DNA from: an uncultured Pseudomonadota bacterium
GTDB taxonomy: Bacteria; Oederibacteriota; Muellerivitia; Muellerivitales; Muellerivitaceae
Reading direction: 5' to 3'
DNA length: 64,000 nt
Assembly (NCBI GenBank): GCA_963836235.1
Contig: CAWIIP010000002.1
Coordinates: 32,001 to 96,000 of the forward strand
Part shown: positions 1-9,059 of the stretch, piece by piece
How the letters are laid out: each line of letters begins with the position of its first letter
How positions within the stretch are numbered: position 1 is the stretch's first letter
Made by a program: the position numbers and the translations under genes
The notes under the pieces: model-generated
What the model was told of the DNA's origin: nothing
The model's database searches: none
What the model saw: the letters and a program-made list of their open reading frames with translations, nothing else

Positions 1-460
1 GGAGGATGAGGGGCGGAAGGGTTCCCGGCGGCATGTTTTTCAACGCCCGGGTCGAACGAGATACGACTTCCCCCATCGCTGCGGACATGTCCGTGTCCGG
101 GTGGAACAGAAGCTTCAAAAGGGTGACTTCACCGATACTCTTGGACTCAATATGCTCGATTCCGTTGACGTAGGAAAACTGTTTTTCAAAGTTGTAGGCG
201 ATAAAGCTTTCCATTTGTTTCGGATCCATCCCACCATAAGGTTCCACCACAAAAATACTGGGTGTTCCCAGGCTTGGAAAAATATCGAACTGCATATGAA
301 ACAAAGAGGTGACAGCCCCCAACGCGATGGCGATCGAGAGCACCACCATCGTGATAGGCCTGCGCATGGCTAATTGGACCATTCCCACCCGAAATATCTG
401 TTGGAGAACGGGGCTTTGAGTTTTAATTTTTTTACTAGTTTTCAGTCGCGGGTAAGTCAT
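1..460 (-). CDS. RND efflux transporter permease subunit (AcrB/CusA family), N-terminal part, runs off the window
   Basis: Not in ORF track; hand translation gives MTYPRLK...MVQLAMRRPITMVVLSIAIALGAVTSLFHMQFDIFPSLGTPSIFVVEPYGGMDPKQMESFI...VNGIEHIESKS...MPPGTLPPLIL, a typical RND N-terminus. GGAGG precedes the ATG at 460; in-frame alternative ATG at 382. Confidence 0.9.
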   Translation of the reverse strand, partial: MTYPRLKTSKKIKTQSPVLQQIFRVGMVQLAMRRPITMVVLSIAIALGAVTSLFHMQFDIFPSLGTPSIFVVEPYGGMDPKQMESFIAYNFEKQFSYVNGIEHIESKSIGEVTLLKLLFHPDTDMSAAMGEVVSRSTRALKNMPPGTLPPLIL

Positions 461-606
461 TGGGATCCTCCGAAATCTCGGCCGCGCCTTGACCGGTCAA
501 TAGGCGTGATGGCGCACTTTTCCCCATCCGGATGGGTTGGAACCGGTGGCGAAAGGCCAGCGGCACCCCCAACCTTATCAGGGAGAACTATTTTCACGAG
601 ATTCCT

Positions 607-954
607 TTAAATGCGAAGGACGACCGTACGGAGGGAAGGCACGGCGTAAACAGCTTTGGGGGTTTGGCCCCAAGCCCCAAAAAAGGGCGTTAATTCAGCC
701 AGATCAATATAAGAACGCAAGGCCATCACCGGCACGGCCTGTTGTTTGTCTTCCCGATTAAAGGAACAGCGAAGGGTAGCGTGGGTGACCGCGAAAGGTG
801 ACTTTTCTTCCAAGCGGTTAGTGGAAGAGGAGCTGCTTTGGACGGGTTCCCAAGAAGTCGGTACCAGCCGGTTGACCAAGCTGGGCCTCAAGGAAAAAAG
901 AAGGACGCTCAAAACCAGTAACAGCCTGGTGGATATTTTAAGGACTTCCCGCAT
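607..954 (-). CDS. hypothetical protein with N-terminal hydrophobic segment, upstream of RND pump
   Basis: 115 aa ORF, ATG start, hydrophobic LLLVLSVLLFSL segment, co-oriented with neighbours. Confidence 0.5.
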   Translation of the reverse strand: MREVLKISTRLLLVLSVLLFSLRPSLVNRLVPTSWEPVQSSSSSTNRLEEKSPFAVTHATLRCSFNREDKQQAVPVMALRSYIDLAELTPFFGAWGQTPKAVYAVPSLRTVVLRI

Positions 955-1089
955 GTTCTACTTCCCGCATGAGTGGACTTCTAAAATCGAGCGAAATTAT
1001 GGAACCGTCCCGGCCCCTTTTCAACCCCTATCCGAAATATCCCATCCCATTAGAGCGAAAGTGGCCAAAAAGGCTTGCGCCGGGCGCTT

Positions 1090-2433
1090 TTAAGTCTGGT
1101 CCCCTTCCACGTCCACTGATTGCCCGGTTTTCGCGGGGGCCTTTTCATTGAGTTGTTTGCCCTGAGCGTCGAATTTCTCATAGGACCCGTCGTTCAGGAT
1201 TAATTTAATTTCCATGGCCCCTTTGCTGTTCTTAGAAAACTTCACGTCCTTGACGTCGCTTTCCAGGAAAAGAGGCTTAAAGGAGTTTTTCGCCGAATCA
1301 TAAAGAAAGGCGTCGCCCTCTCCCCCGACAATCTTCACCATACGCGTTTTGTCTTGGCTGGGGAATTCGACGATGTCCTTGGACAGGTTTGAATTCTCTT
1401 CCATGTTGGATGACCCGGCCACATTGCCGTTCGTCGGAGGTTGGTTATAACTATTCCCGCCCGCGTTCGCGTCGGCCTGGTCGGTAGGCGCATAGTTGCC
1501 ATTTTCATAAATGTAAACCGTGTTCGTTCCCGGATCCTGCCAATACCACTCGTTACCCCACCAATAGCACCAACGGGCTCCCCAGGAATCGTACCACCAC
1601 CAATTATCTCCATAATATTGGGTCCAAAAGAAAGAATCACCCCAGCACCAGCCAAACCAGTTACAACCCCAGCGATCGAAATAGTGGCAATAGTTCCAGC
1701 CACCCCAAGAATGCCAATAGTAATTGTTCCGGAGGACATCGGAGCGGTTAAGGGATGCGATCCTACCTGAGAAAGCAGTGCCGCGGGAAATGGAGGCCAT
1801 ATGACTTGTCACCAGGGATGAATTCATCCGGCTGGGAGAAACCAGGGAAGCTGAAAAAGCCTTGCCCGACGGTCCCGTGCTTGGAAGCTTTACTACTGAG
1901 TGTTGAAGAGAATGCGGAAGCAAGGAACTATGGCTCAGCGGACGAGGAGAACCAGAAACATAGGAATGGGTAAAAGCTCCCGTTGAAGTGTTGAAGTGAT
2001 GAAGATTTGTTGAATTGGAATGGAAGTTAGCGCCGTTCGAGCCATGCGCGCCATAGGAACGGTTGAAATGACGGACTTGGCCGTATCCGTACGATCCATA
2101 AGTACCCCGTTGGTAATAGCCGTTGCCCCCCGAACGGAAATTTCCCCCGTTGGAACGGGAAGAATTGGAATAAGCGTGGTTATTGTTGTTGGACGAATGA
2201 TCCGAAGAATCGAAAGAACCGGCGTTTGACCCGGAAGAACTGTCGCCCCCACCGCGATCACTCCCGCCACTGCCACCTCGGTCATCACCACCGCTCCAAC
2301 CACCGCCTCCACCTCCACGGTCTCCCCCGCCGCTCCAGCCGCCTCCCCCGCCGCCAGCCCCCGCATCGCGAGCCAAAATTGCTCCGGCCGGAAGGGATAA
2401 TAGGATTGCCAATAACCAGGTTATTTTCTTCAT
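1090..2433 (-). CDS. exported protein with Gly/Ser/Asn-rich low-complexity region and Trp/Tyr-rich domain
   Basis: Signal peptide MKKITWLLAILLSLPAGAILA, GGGGGWSGG repeats, dense W/Y segment, globular C-terminus. Confidence 0.8.
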   Translation of the reverse strand: MKKITWLLAILLSLPAGAILARDAGAGGGGGGWSGGGDRGGGGGGWSGGDDRGGSGGSDRGGGDSSSGSNAGSFDSSDHSSNNNNHAYSNSSRSNGGNFRSGGNGYYQRGTYGSYGYGQVRHFNRSYGAHGSNGANFHSNSTNLHHFNTSTGAFTHSYVSGSPRPLSHSSLLPHSLQHSVVKLPSTGPSGKAFSASLVSPSRMNSSLVTSHMASISRGTAFSGRIASLNRSDVLRNNYYWHSWGGWNYCHYFDRWGCNWFGWCWGDSFFWTQYYGDNWWWYDSWGARWCYWWGNEWYWQDPGTNTVYIYENGNYAPTDQADANAGGNSYNQPPTNGNVAGSSNMEENSNLSKDIVEFPSQDKTRMVKIVGGEGDAFLYDSAKNSFKPLFLESDVKDVKFSKNSKGAMEIKLILNDGSYEKFDAQGKQLNEKAPAKTGQSVDVEGDQT

Positions 2434-2681
2434 TTCGCACCATCCTTGGGTTTAAACCCATCCGTTTGAAAATGATATTGAAGTGCTTCTATTGTTTAGA
2501 CGTTCTAGCCCATTAAAAGGATACTCTCTTTTTCAAACCATATTTGACGCTGATTTCCGGTGGTTTTTTCGTTCAAATTTGAAAAAGATTCGGGATGGCG
2601 GGAGTGAACAGCAGATTCCAGACTTCTTCGACCTATTTCACAACATGTTTCGTGTTATGGACAAAGAGTATCAGAGTATGC

Positions 2682-3287
2682 TTATTCTGAATTTTTAAAA
2701 CAAAGCAAACGCCAATAACCGAAAGGTTGGATAGGAATATCCACCGCTCCCCTCATCCCCGCTCGGTCCAAAAACTCGTCCAAGTAAAAGAGCGGTTCAA
2801 AACCCAATAGGGGGGCGAAGGGACGCAAAGCCCCTTCAATAAGGCTCATGAAGGAGCCCTTTTGGCTGAAATGATTCAGGATGTAAATGTCTCCGCCCCG
2901 GCGGGTCACTCTTTTCATCTCTCGGATCATCGCGACCGGATCGGGCGTGACTGAAGCCACGAACATGGCGATGCTTTTGTCGAAACAATGGTCCGGGAAA
3001 TCCAGCTTTTGGGCGTCCATCAAATGGAGTTGGACGTTGTTCAGTCTCAAAAGATCAACGCGTTGTTGGGCCTGTTCCAGCATTTCAGCGGTTAGGTCGA
3101 TACCGGTGACATCGACATTCGAGGGATAAAGCGGCAAAGACAACCCGGTTCCAATCCCAATTTCCAATACCTGGTGTCCGTCTTTAAGCTCCATTTGCCA
3201 CACGGCCCTGGAACGTCCCGGATTCAGCGCAAAAACATAAACACGCGCAAAACGTTTATAGCTTGATAAAACCGAAGTGTTATCCAT
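2682..3287 (-). CDS. class I SAM-dependent methyltransferase, PmtA-like (phospholipid N-methyltransferase)
   Basis: VLEIGIGTG motif I, GIDLTAEML, MDAQKLDFPDHCFD, ILNHFS; start placed at MDNTSV. Confidence 0.8.
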   Translation of the reverse strand: MDNTSVLSSYKRFARVYVFALNPGRSRAVWQMELKDGHQVLEIGIGTGLSLPLYPSNVDVTGIDLTAEMLEQAQQRVDLLRLNNVQLHLMDAQKLDFPDHCFDKSIAMFVASVTPDPVAMIREMKRVTRRGGDIYILNHFSQKGSFMSLIEGALRPFAPLLGFEPLFYLDEFLDRAGMRGAVDIPIQPFGYWRLLCFKNSE

Positions 3288-3467
3288 CTTTGTCCAGTCT
3301 CTAAGACTTTCAGGATTTAGAATCGCATGTATTTTACAACCAGCCCGTTCAGAAAGCGAAGCCAGAAACAACCCTTTTTGATCTTTCAATTTTACGAATC
3401 TGTAACGCGAATCACTCTCACATTTTAGGACAATTCAACCCATCAGCCCGACGCATTTACTTGTTTT

Positions 3468-3983
3468 TCAACCCATATGCTCCCGAAGCCATTGGATTTG
3501 CCCCGTATGATGCCGTCCGTGCCAGGCATAAATGCAAAGCGCCCGAGAAAGGGGAATAGTACGCCCATCCGGATGGATGAAGGTCCGGGTATATTGTTCA
3601 TCCGTCATTGATCGAAGAAGGCGAACCCATCTTTGATGGACGCCTTCCAGCAAGAGAAGCGATGGTTCTACCGAACCTGTTTTAGCCTCAGTTAAATCCG
3701 ACCAAAGGTTTTCGTCGTAAGCCTTGATCGTGGGCTTTTCCTCGGTCAAAGTCCATTTGAACCGGATATAACTGTGCACATGGCTGTCGGCAAGGTGGTT
3801 GACGATTTGCCGCATATTCCAGTTCTTATAAAGTGTTCCCATTTGCTCGTCGGATAATTCCGAGACCGCCTGCCGCATCAGGGAGGGGGCCCGCTCGATT
3901 TGCGCAATAAGTTCCTCCCTGCGCCGGGCATCGACATCTTCCCCGACTTGAACCGGACCAACTGGAAATTTGGGCGCTTCCAT
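3468..3983 (-). CDS. YfiT/BstA-like DinB-superfamily metal-dependent thiol transferase
   Basis: WNMRQIVNHLADSH, PTIKAYDENLW and YAWHGRHH metal-binding His motifs. Confidence 0.85.
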   Translation of the reverse strand: MEAPKFPVGPVQVGEDVDARRREELIAQIERAPSLMRQAVSELSDEQMGTLYKNWNMRQIVNHLADSHVHSYIRFKWTLTEEKPTIKAYDENLWSDLTEAKTGSVEPSLLLLEGVHQRWVRLLRSMTDEQYTRTFIHPDGRTIPLSRALCIYAWHGRHHTGQIQWLREHMG

Positions 3984-4006
3984 ACTTTTCCTTAATTTCA
4001 GAATGG

Positions 4007-4699
4007 CTAAACCTTGCAACTAGCCTCGGCGACTTGATTTTCAACCCGGCCTTTTGAACATGCCTCACATTGGCTATTTCTTTCGGGAATAATGGAGCGC
4101 ACTTCCCTTTTTTGGATATCCACCTTCCAAAGCCGGTAAGGCCCTTCTTTCCGCGCCAACCGCAGGGCCTCGTGGGCCTGAAGATAACCAATGGCTTGTG
4201 AAAAAGAGCCCAAGACCCCCGCTTCTTGGCAAGTGGGCATGGCAAAAGGAGGAGGGATTTTAGGAATAAGACATCGAAGGCAAGCCGTCACGCCCGGAAG
4301 AACAGGCAAAACCTGGCCCTCAAACTTTACGACCCCCGCGTGGACAAAGGGCTTTCCCAATTTCACGCACCAGTCATTCAGCAAAAACTTTTTTTCTAGC
4401 CGGTCCAAACCATCAATGACCAAATCATAGGGTTCCAGTATCTTTTCCGCGTTCGAGGAGCCAAAAGCTTCGGGCATAAGCAATGTTTTGGTTTGGGGAC
4501 ACTGCTTCTTTAGGTATTCCTCGGCGGTTTCCACTTTGGGGCGTCCCAAGTCCTTTTCGGAATAAAGGATCTGGCGGTGAAGATTCGATAGTTCCACCTT
4601 GTCCGGGTCCATTAGGCCCAGTGTTCCAACACCCGCCTCGGCCAATAAGATGGACGCAGGACAGCCCAATCCCCCCACACCCACAATTAATATTTTCAT
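4007..4699 (-). CDS. ThiF/MoeB/HesA family adenylyltransferase (E1-like), lacking the N-terminal helix
   Basis: VGVGGLG, DPDKVELSNLHRQ, GRPK, IDGLD, CLRC...CEAC zinc pairs, PTCQEAGVLG Cys loop; in-frame TGA 5 codons upstream fixes the start. Confidence 0.92.
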   Translation of the reverse strand: MKILIVGVGGLGCPASILLAEAGVGTLGLMDPDKVELSNLHRQILYSEKDLGRPKVETAEEYLKKQCPQTKTLLMPEAFGSSNAEKILEPYDLVIDGLDRLEKKFLLNDWCVKLGKPFVHAGVVKFEGQVLPVLPGVTACLRCLIPKIPPPFAMPTCQEAGVLGSFSQAIGYLQAHEALRLARKEGPYRLWKVDIQKREVRSIIPERNSQCEACSKGRVENQVAEASCKV

Positions 4700-4714
4700 T
4701 TTTTTACCGCACCC

Positions 4715-4909
4715 TCAAAAGAAGCCAAAAGCCAAAATGACGGCCCCCGATCCGATCAAGGAATAGCCAAGCGTGAGTAAAAGGAAATAATTCCAGGGGA
4801 TTCCGTTTTCTTTTTTGGCGTTGGCCGAGTAAATGGAAAACATGCCGGATAGTTGAAGCACAATAAATCCCAATATTCCCAAAGCCAACCCACCCATAAA
4901 ATAACCCAA
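4715..4909 (-). CDS. small two-TM membrane protein
   Basis: 64 aa, two hydrophobic helices, fills the gap between AKR and thiF, GAGGCGG upstream. Confidence 0.6.
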   Translation of the reverse strand: MGYFMGGLALGILGFIVLQLSGMFSIYSANAKKENGIPWNYFLLLTLGYSLIGSGAVILAFGFF

Positions 4910-4928
4910 TATTCACCGCCTCAGAATA

Positions 4929-5912
4929 TCAATAGGGGCCCCGAATATGGGCCGCTACTTCTGTTTGATAAAATTCTTTTAGCTTCCGGTGTAGTTCCCC
5001 GGAAAGAGGCGGCAAGTCGCTGGCTTTCGCGTTTTCAACCGCCTGTTCCGGGTTTTTGGCGCCGGGAATAATCGTGGTCACTGCGTCGAAATCCAGGCAC
5101 CAGCGGTTTGCCATTTGGCTCAAGCTCATTCCCGACGGTACCATGGATTTCAATTTATCCGCCAGTTCAACACCCTTCTCAAAAGGGAGGCCCGCGAAAG
5201 TCTCCCCGACATTAAAAGCCTGACCGTCCCGGTTATAAGTCCGGTGATCCTGGGGAGAGAACTTCGTGTCCTTCTTGTATTTTCCCGCTAAAAGCCCACT
5301 GGCGAGGGATAAACGGATGATGAGGGATACCTTTTTCGCCTTGGCTTTCTCAAAAAGAACATCGATAGGTTTTTGGCGGAAGAGATTGAAAATGATTTGG
5401 AGGGACGCCAAACATTCTTGTTCCATGCAAAAAAGGCCTTCCTCCATGGATTCCACGCTGGCGCCAAAATTTTTGATCTTGCCTTCTTTTTTCAAAAGCC
5501 TCAGCCACTCGAACACTTCCCCGCGCTTCAAAACATCGAAAGGCGCGCAATGGAGTTGGGTCAAATCCAATGCTTCTAGACCCAACCTTTGGAGCGAATT
5601 TTCGGTGTGCTGGCGGAAAGCGTCCCAAGTAAAATTTTGAGGCCATCCGGGCTTTGAAAAACGGATGAGCTTGGTGGCGATAAAGACCTTGGACTTGGAT
5701 TGCTTCAGGAACTTCCCGATGATGCTTTCACTGCGGCCCATCCCATAAACATCCGCCGTATCAAAAAAATGTACCCCGGCCTCGACCGAAGCTTGAAGGG
5801 TCTTTAAAGCCGTGTCTTCCGACACTTCGCCCCAATCTCCCCCAAATTGCCAGGTTCCGACACCTACTTCCGAAACCTTGCTTCCCGTATCAGCGAATAG
5901 CCTTTGTTTCAT
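4929..5912 (-). CDS. aldo/keto reductase
   Basis: GVGTWQFGG, FFDTADVYG, IATK, SLQRLG..LDLTQLH, IPGAKNPEQ. Confidence 0.93.
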   Translation of the reverse strand: MKQRLFADTGSKVSEVGVGTWQFGGDWGEVSEDTALKTLQASVEAGVHFFDTADVYGMGRSESIIGKFLKQSKSKVFIATKLIRFSKPGWPQNFTWDAFRQHTENSLQRLGLEALDLTQLHCAPFDVLKRGEVFEWLRLLKKEGKIKNFGASVESMEEGLFCMEQECLASLQIIFNLFRQKPIDVLFEKAKAKKVSLIIRLSLASGLLAGKYKKDTKFSPQDHRTYNRDGQAFNVGETFAGLPFEKGVELADKLKSMVPSGMSLSQMANRWCLDFDAVTTIIPGAKNPEQAVENAKASDLPPLSGELHRKLKEFYQTEVAAHIRGPY

Positions 5913-5954
5913 GTTGATAAGCCTTCTTCCATTCCCCTTCAAGGGAACAGCCTT

Positions 5955-7283
5955 TCATTGGTTTGCGGACCTGACCACTATAATTTTATTTAACTCCCGC
6001 CCATCCTTCGAGTAAATCGCGAAATAAGAGCCCAAGGGTACATCATGCCCTTGGTCATCTTTTCCATCCCACTCGACCCAGGCATCGGCTTGGGCCACGA
6101 CTTTCTTTTCGAACAAGTTCCGCAAGGGATGTAGCGCGCCATCAAAAACCTCCAACCGATAAATCCCTGGCCCATCGGCGAAACTGATGTAAATATTAGC
6201 AGGCGGTTCCCCGAAGACAATGGTTTCGGCCTGTTGGCCCGTTGCTTCCTGGGTAAAAGAAGAGGTCGGAGTGGGTAAAAAGAGGTTTTCTTGCACTGCG
6301 GGAGCATTGACCACAACGGGCTCGGCGACGTCCCTGGGCGCGAATTCAAATGTGGGCGTCGGCTTTGGCCTGGCTTTTTTCCGGCGCGTTGGGGGCTTGG
6401 GTATGGCTGGCCTTGGAAACACCGGTGTCGAAGTGACGATCGGCCAGCTGGGCGGCAACTGGGTCGGCAAGGGTGATGGCCGCCACTGCGGGACGACTTC
6501 GGGTATCTTTGTCGGAACCGGCATCGGAGCCAACCAGGACGAAACCGTCGCGGTCGGTAGGGGTTCCTCCCTTACCACCTTTCGGGCCAGTGGGACCGGA
6601 GCCATCTCGGCCACTGTTTGCGGAGCGCAATAAGGATTAGGCCCGATATCCAAATAAATCTTTCTACGGTAGAGATGTCTCTCTCCGGGATATTGAGACC
6701 TTGAGCTAGTACCCGTGGCCGAAAGAAATTGGGCCGCCAAATTTGTTTCGGGGTCGGTCAATAGGGCCAGATTCGGTATAGATGTTCCAGTGCTTTGCGC
6801 TTCGAGCCAGCCACTGTCGTCAAAAGCCAGCTTCCGCCAGCCCCGTGGCTCGGCCTCCATCCGGTTCGGGATATAGGCCGATCTATGGTCGGCCAGGTCG
6901 TTGCTGGAAAGGGTTAATTCCGCGCCATTCGAAAAACGAAGCCGAAGGATATAGGCAAGTCCAACCCGGTCGTCGACAGGTTGCGGAACCTTGTAGGCGT
7001 CCTGATTCTCTATGGCTAATATGTTTTCCCTTTGGAAATAACATAAGTGTTGGGGGGTACATATAATTTTTTGGAGTCCCGTGGAGTCGGGAGTTCTGCG
7101 GAGGCTATCCACGATTTGAATGTCGTTTAGCCAAATATCGGCCCAATCATCGACGGAAATATATATCGTGGCTCCGGTTAGGTATGGGCGCTGATCTTGC
7201 GAATAGGCCGGTAAGGCAAGGAATATCCCGACAAGTACCCGTGCAAATACGGCATAACTCCGAAGCTTTCTCATCCTCATCAA
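5955..7283 (-). CDS. exported protein: beta-sandwich N-domain, Pro/Thr linker, C-terminal FlgD-type Ig domain
   Basis: Signal peptide, SVDDWADIWLN..GWRKLAFDDSGW sugar-binding-like motif, C-terminal WDGKDDQGHDVPLGSYF. Confidence 0.7.
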   Translation of the reverse strand: MMRMRKLRSYAVFARVLVGIFLALPAYSQDQRPYLTGATIYISVDDWADIWLNDIQIVDSLRRTPDSTGLQKIICTPQHLCYFQRENILAIENQDAYKVPQPVDDRVGLAYILRLRFSNGAELTLSSNDLADHRSAYIPNRMEAEPRGWRKLAFDDSGWLEAQSTGTSIPNLALLTDPETNLAAQFLSATGTSSRSQYPGERHLYRRKIYLDIGPNPYCAPQTVAEMAPVPLARKVVREEPLPTATVSSWLAPMPVPTKIPEVVPQWRPSPLPTQLPPSWPIVTSTPVFPRPAIPKPPTRRKKARPKPTPTFEFAPRDVAEPVVVNAPAVQENLFLPTPTSSFTQEATGQQAETIVFGEPPANIYISFADGPGIYRLEVFDGALHPLRNLFEKKVVAQADAWVEWDGKDDQGHDVPLGSYFAIYSKDGRELNKIIVVRSANQ

Positions 7284-8221
7284 GTCAATTCATTGCGGTG
7301 TCTTTGGACGTAAAAAGCCACCTCTGCCCCGAATAAGATGACAGTCCAGGAAAGAAAAAACCAAATCAGGATCACCGGGACCATCCAGAGGGCTCCGTAA
7401 ACGTGGGAACGCTCCAACACTTTCAAGGTATACCAATTCATCGCCCATCGGGCCGTTTGCAAAAGGGCCGCCACCAGCAAGCCTGTCAAGATGGCGGATT
7501 TATGCTCCACTTCGGTATTGGGTATCCAGATATACATCCAAGCGCAGGCCGACCAAAGAAGGACAAAGGGTATCACCGTTGAGAAAAGCCAATGGTGGAC
7601 GGAAGGGTGGAGGATATTCCAACTTCCCACCCATCCTTTCAAGGTCAAAAGAAGAAGGGCCAATAGCGGCATTCCAACGAAAAAAGTGGCGTGACGAATC
7701 ATTTGGTCGATTACAGGCCTTCCTTTTTCAACGCCCCAAAGCAAATTGAAAGAATTTTCAACATCTCTCATCAGGAAAAACACAATGGCCAGGAAGCCCA
7801 TGAAGCCAATAATCCCGGCCTTTTGGGAATAGAGCGCGAATTTTTTGACTGACAGGCGGATCTGCTGCTTCCCCACCTGGTTCAATTCCTCGAGGTTTTT
7901 CGGTTCGTCGGGGTCCAGGAAGGAATTGGTGGTTTCGGTCTGGACGGGATAAATGGCGTCTACAATCTGGTCAAGAAGCTGTTCCCTCTTTTGGCTGAAG
8001 GCGTCGCTGGAGAGGACCGCCATGATAATGGCCAACGCCGGTACCAAGGCCAAGAGAGTCTGAAAGGCAAGCGACCTGGCGTAAAGGCGCTTGTGTCCTC
8101 GGGTGCGATCATTATTTTTCCGCAATACCTGCCCGGTGGCCCAAAGGACGGCTTTAAAGTCCCCCCATATACCCTTAGAGGGTTGTTGCCGAAGCCGGTG
8201 ATGTCCGTAAAAATGGGCCAA
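7280..8221 (-). CDS. YihY/virulence factor BrkB family membrane protein
   Basis: SLAFQTLLALVP, ENSFNLLWGV, VYGAL..PVILIWFFLSWTVILFGAEV. Confidence 0.9.
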   Translation of the reverse strand: MAHFYGHHRLRQQPSKGIWGDFKAVLWATGQVLRKNNDRTRGHKRLYARSLAFQTLLALVPALAIIMAVLSSDAFSQKREQLLDQIVDAIYPVQTETTNSFLDPDEPKNLEELNQVGKQQIRLSVKKFALYSQKAGIIGFMGFLAIVFFLMRDVENSFNLLWGVEKGRPVIDQMIRHATFFVGMPLLALLLLTLKGWVGSWNILHPSVHHWLFSTVIPFVLLWSACAWMYIWIPNTEVEHKSAILTGLLVAALLQTARWAMNWYTLKVLERSHVYGALWMVPVILIWFFLSWTVILFGAEVAFYVQRHRNELT

Positions 8222-8275
8222 AATCTCTCCCTAGAGATTAGAATATGGCCCATTGTAAGCAAAAAAAGGCGGTCC

Positions 8276-8920
8276 ATGAAGAATATCCCCCATCTCGATT
8301 CACGTCCTCCAAAGACCCTTCCTTTGCGTTATTCGACTCCGCCCAAATGGGCAGACCAAGTCCTGAAGGAACCCCTCGCCCTTCTTTCAGATCAAGCCTA
8401 CCTGGAAAAGAAGGCCGCCAATAATGCCTTGGAGTTCATGAACCTCTGGCCCACAGCCGAAGCCCCTCTCAATTGGCTTTCTTCGATTGCCACCATTGCT
8501 CAGGATGAAACCTCTCATTTAAGAATGGTTTTGAGACTCTTGGAAAAACGGGGCGGAAAGCTGGAACGATCCCACAAAAACCAATATGCCCTGGACTTGC
8601 GGCAATGCATCCGCAAAGGCAAGGGCCAGCAAGACTTGGCCGACCGCCTGCTGGTTTCGGCTTTGATCGAGGCACGATCTTGTGAAAGGTTTGAACGGCT
8701 AGTGGAGGCAGGAACCGACGCTGAATTGTCGAAGTTCTACGCAGGTTTAATCGAATCCGAAAACGGCCACTATCAGTTATTCGTGGATATGGCGAAGAAG
8801 GTCTTGCCCGCCAAGGAAGTTAAAAATCGTTGGGATAAGTTGCTGGATATCGAAGCCGAAATCATCCAGGCCCAACCACCCGGACATCGGATTCACAGCG
8901 GGGTTTCTGGAGCTTGGTAG
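8276..8920 (+). CDS. miaE: tRNA ms2i6A37 hydroxylase, MiaE-like diiron protein
   Basis: LEKKAA, DETSH, DRLLVSALIEARSCERF, SENGHY; start placed at MKNIPH. Confidence 0.88.
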   Translation: MKNIPHLDSRPPKTLPLRYSTPPKWADQVLKEPLALLSDQAYLEKKAANNALEFMNLWPTAEAPLNWLSSIATIAQDETSHLRMVLRLLEKRGGKLERSHKNQYALDLRQCIRKGKGQQDLADRLLVSALIEARSCERFERLVEAGTDAELSKFYAGLIESENGHYQLFVDMAKKVLPAKEVKNRWDKLLDIEAEIIQAQPPGHRIHSGVSGAW

Positions 8921-9059
8921 AATAATATACCAATATCAGATACTTACTTAGTTGATCCACATCAGAAATGGAAAAAGACAGGATAAAAATAATTAAAGAT
9001 GATTTCTTAAAAAGGACACTAAGCAGCTCAATCTAAAATTTAGAAAACCAAAGGCACTT

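Noticed and set aside
2230-2365. GC-rich short repeats as a possible CRISPR or VNTR
   Set aside because: They encode the Gly-rich tract of the 1090-2433 protein; there is no repeat-spacer periodicity.
4700-4717. In-frame TGA between the 64 aa membrane ORF and thiF as possible selenocysteine or readthrough fusion
   Set aside because: No SECIS-like hairpin is evident, thiF has its own GAGGGTG RBS and ATG, and the upstream peptide is not ThiF-like.
7991-8275. N-terminal extension of the miaE ORF
   Set aside because: It overlaps the opposite-strand YihY gene; MiaE similarity begins after the ATG at 8276.
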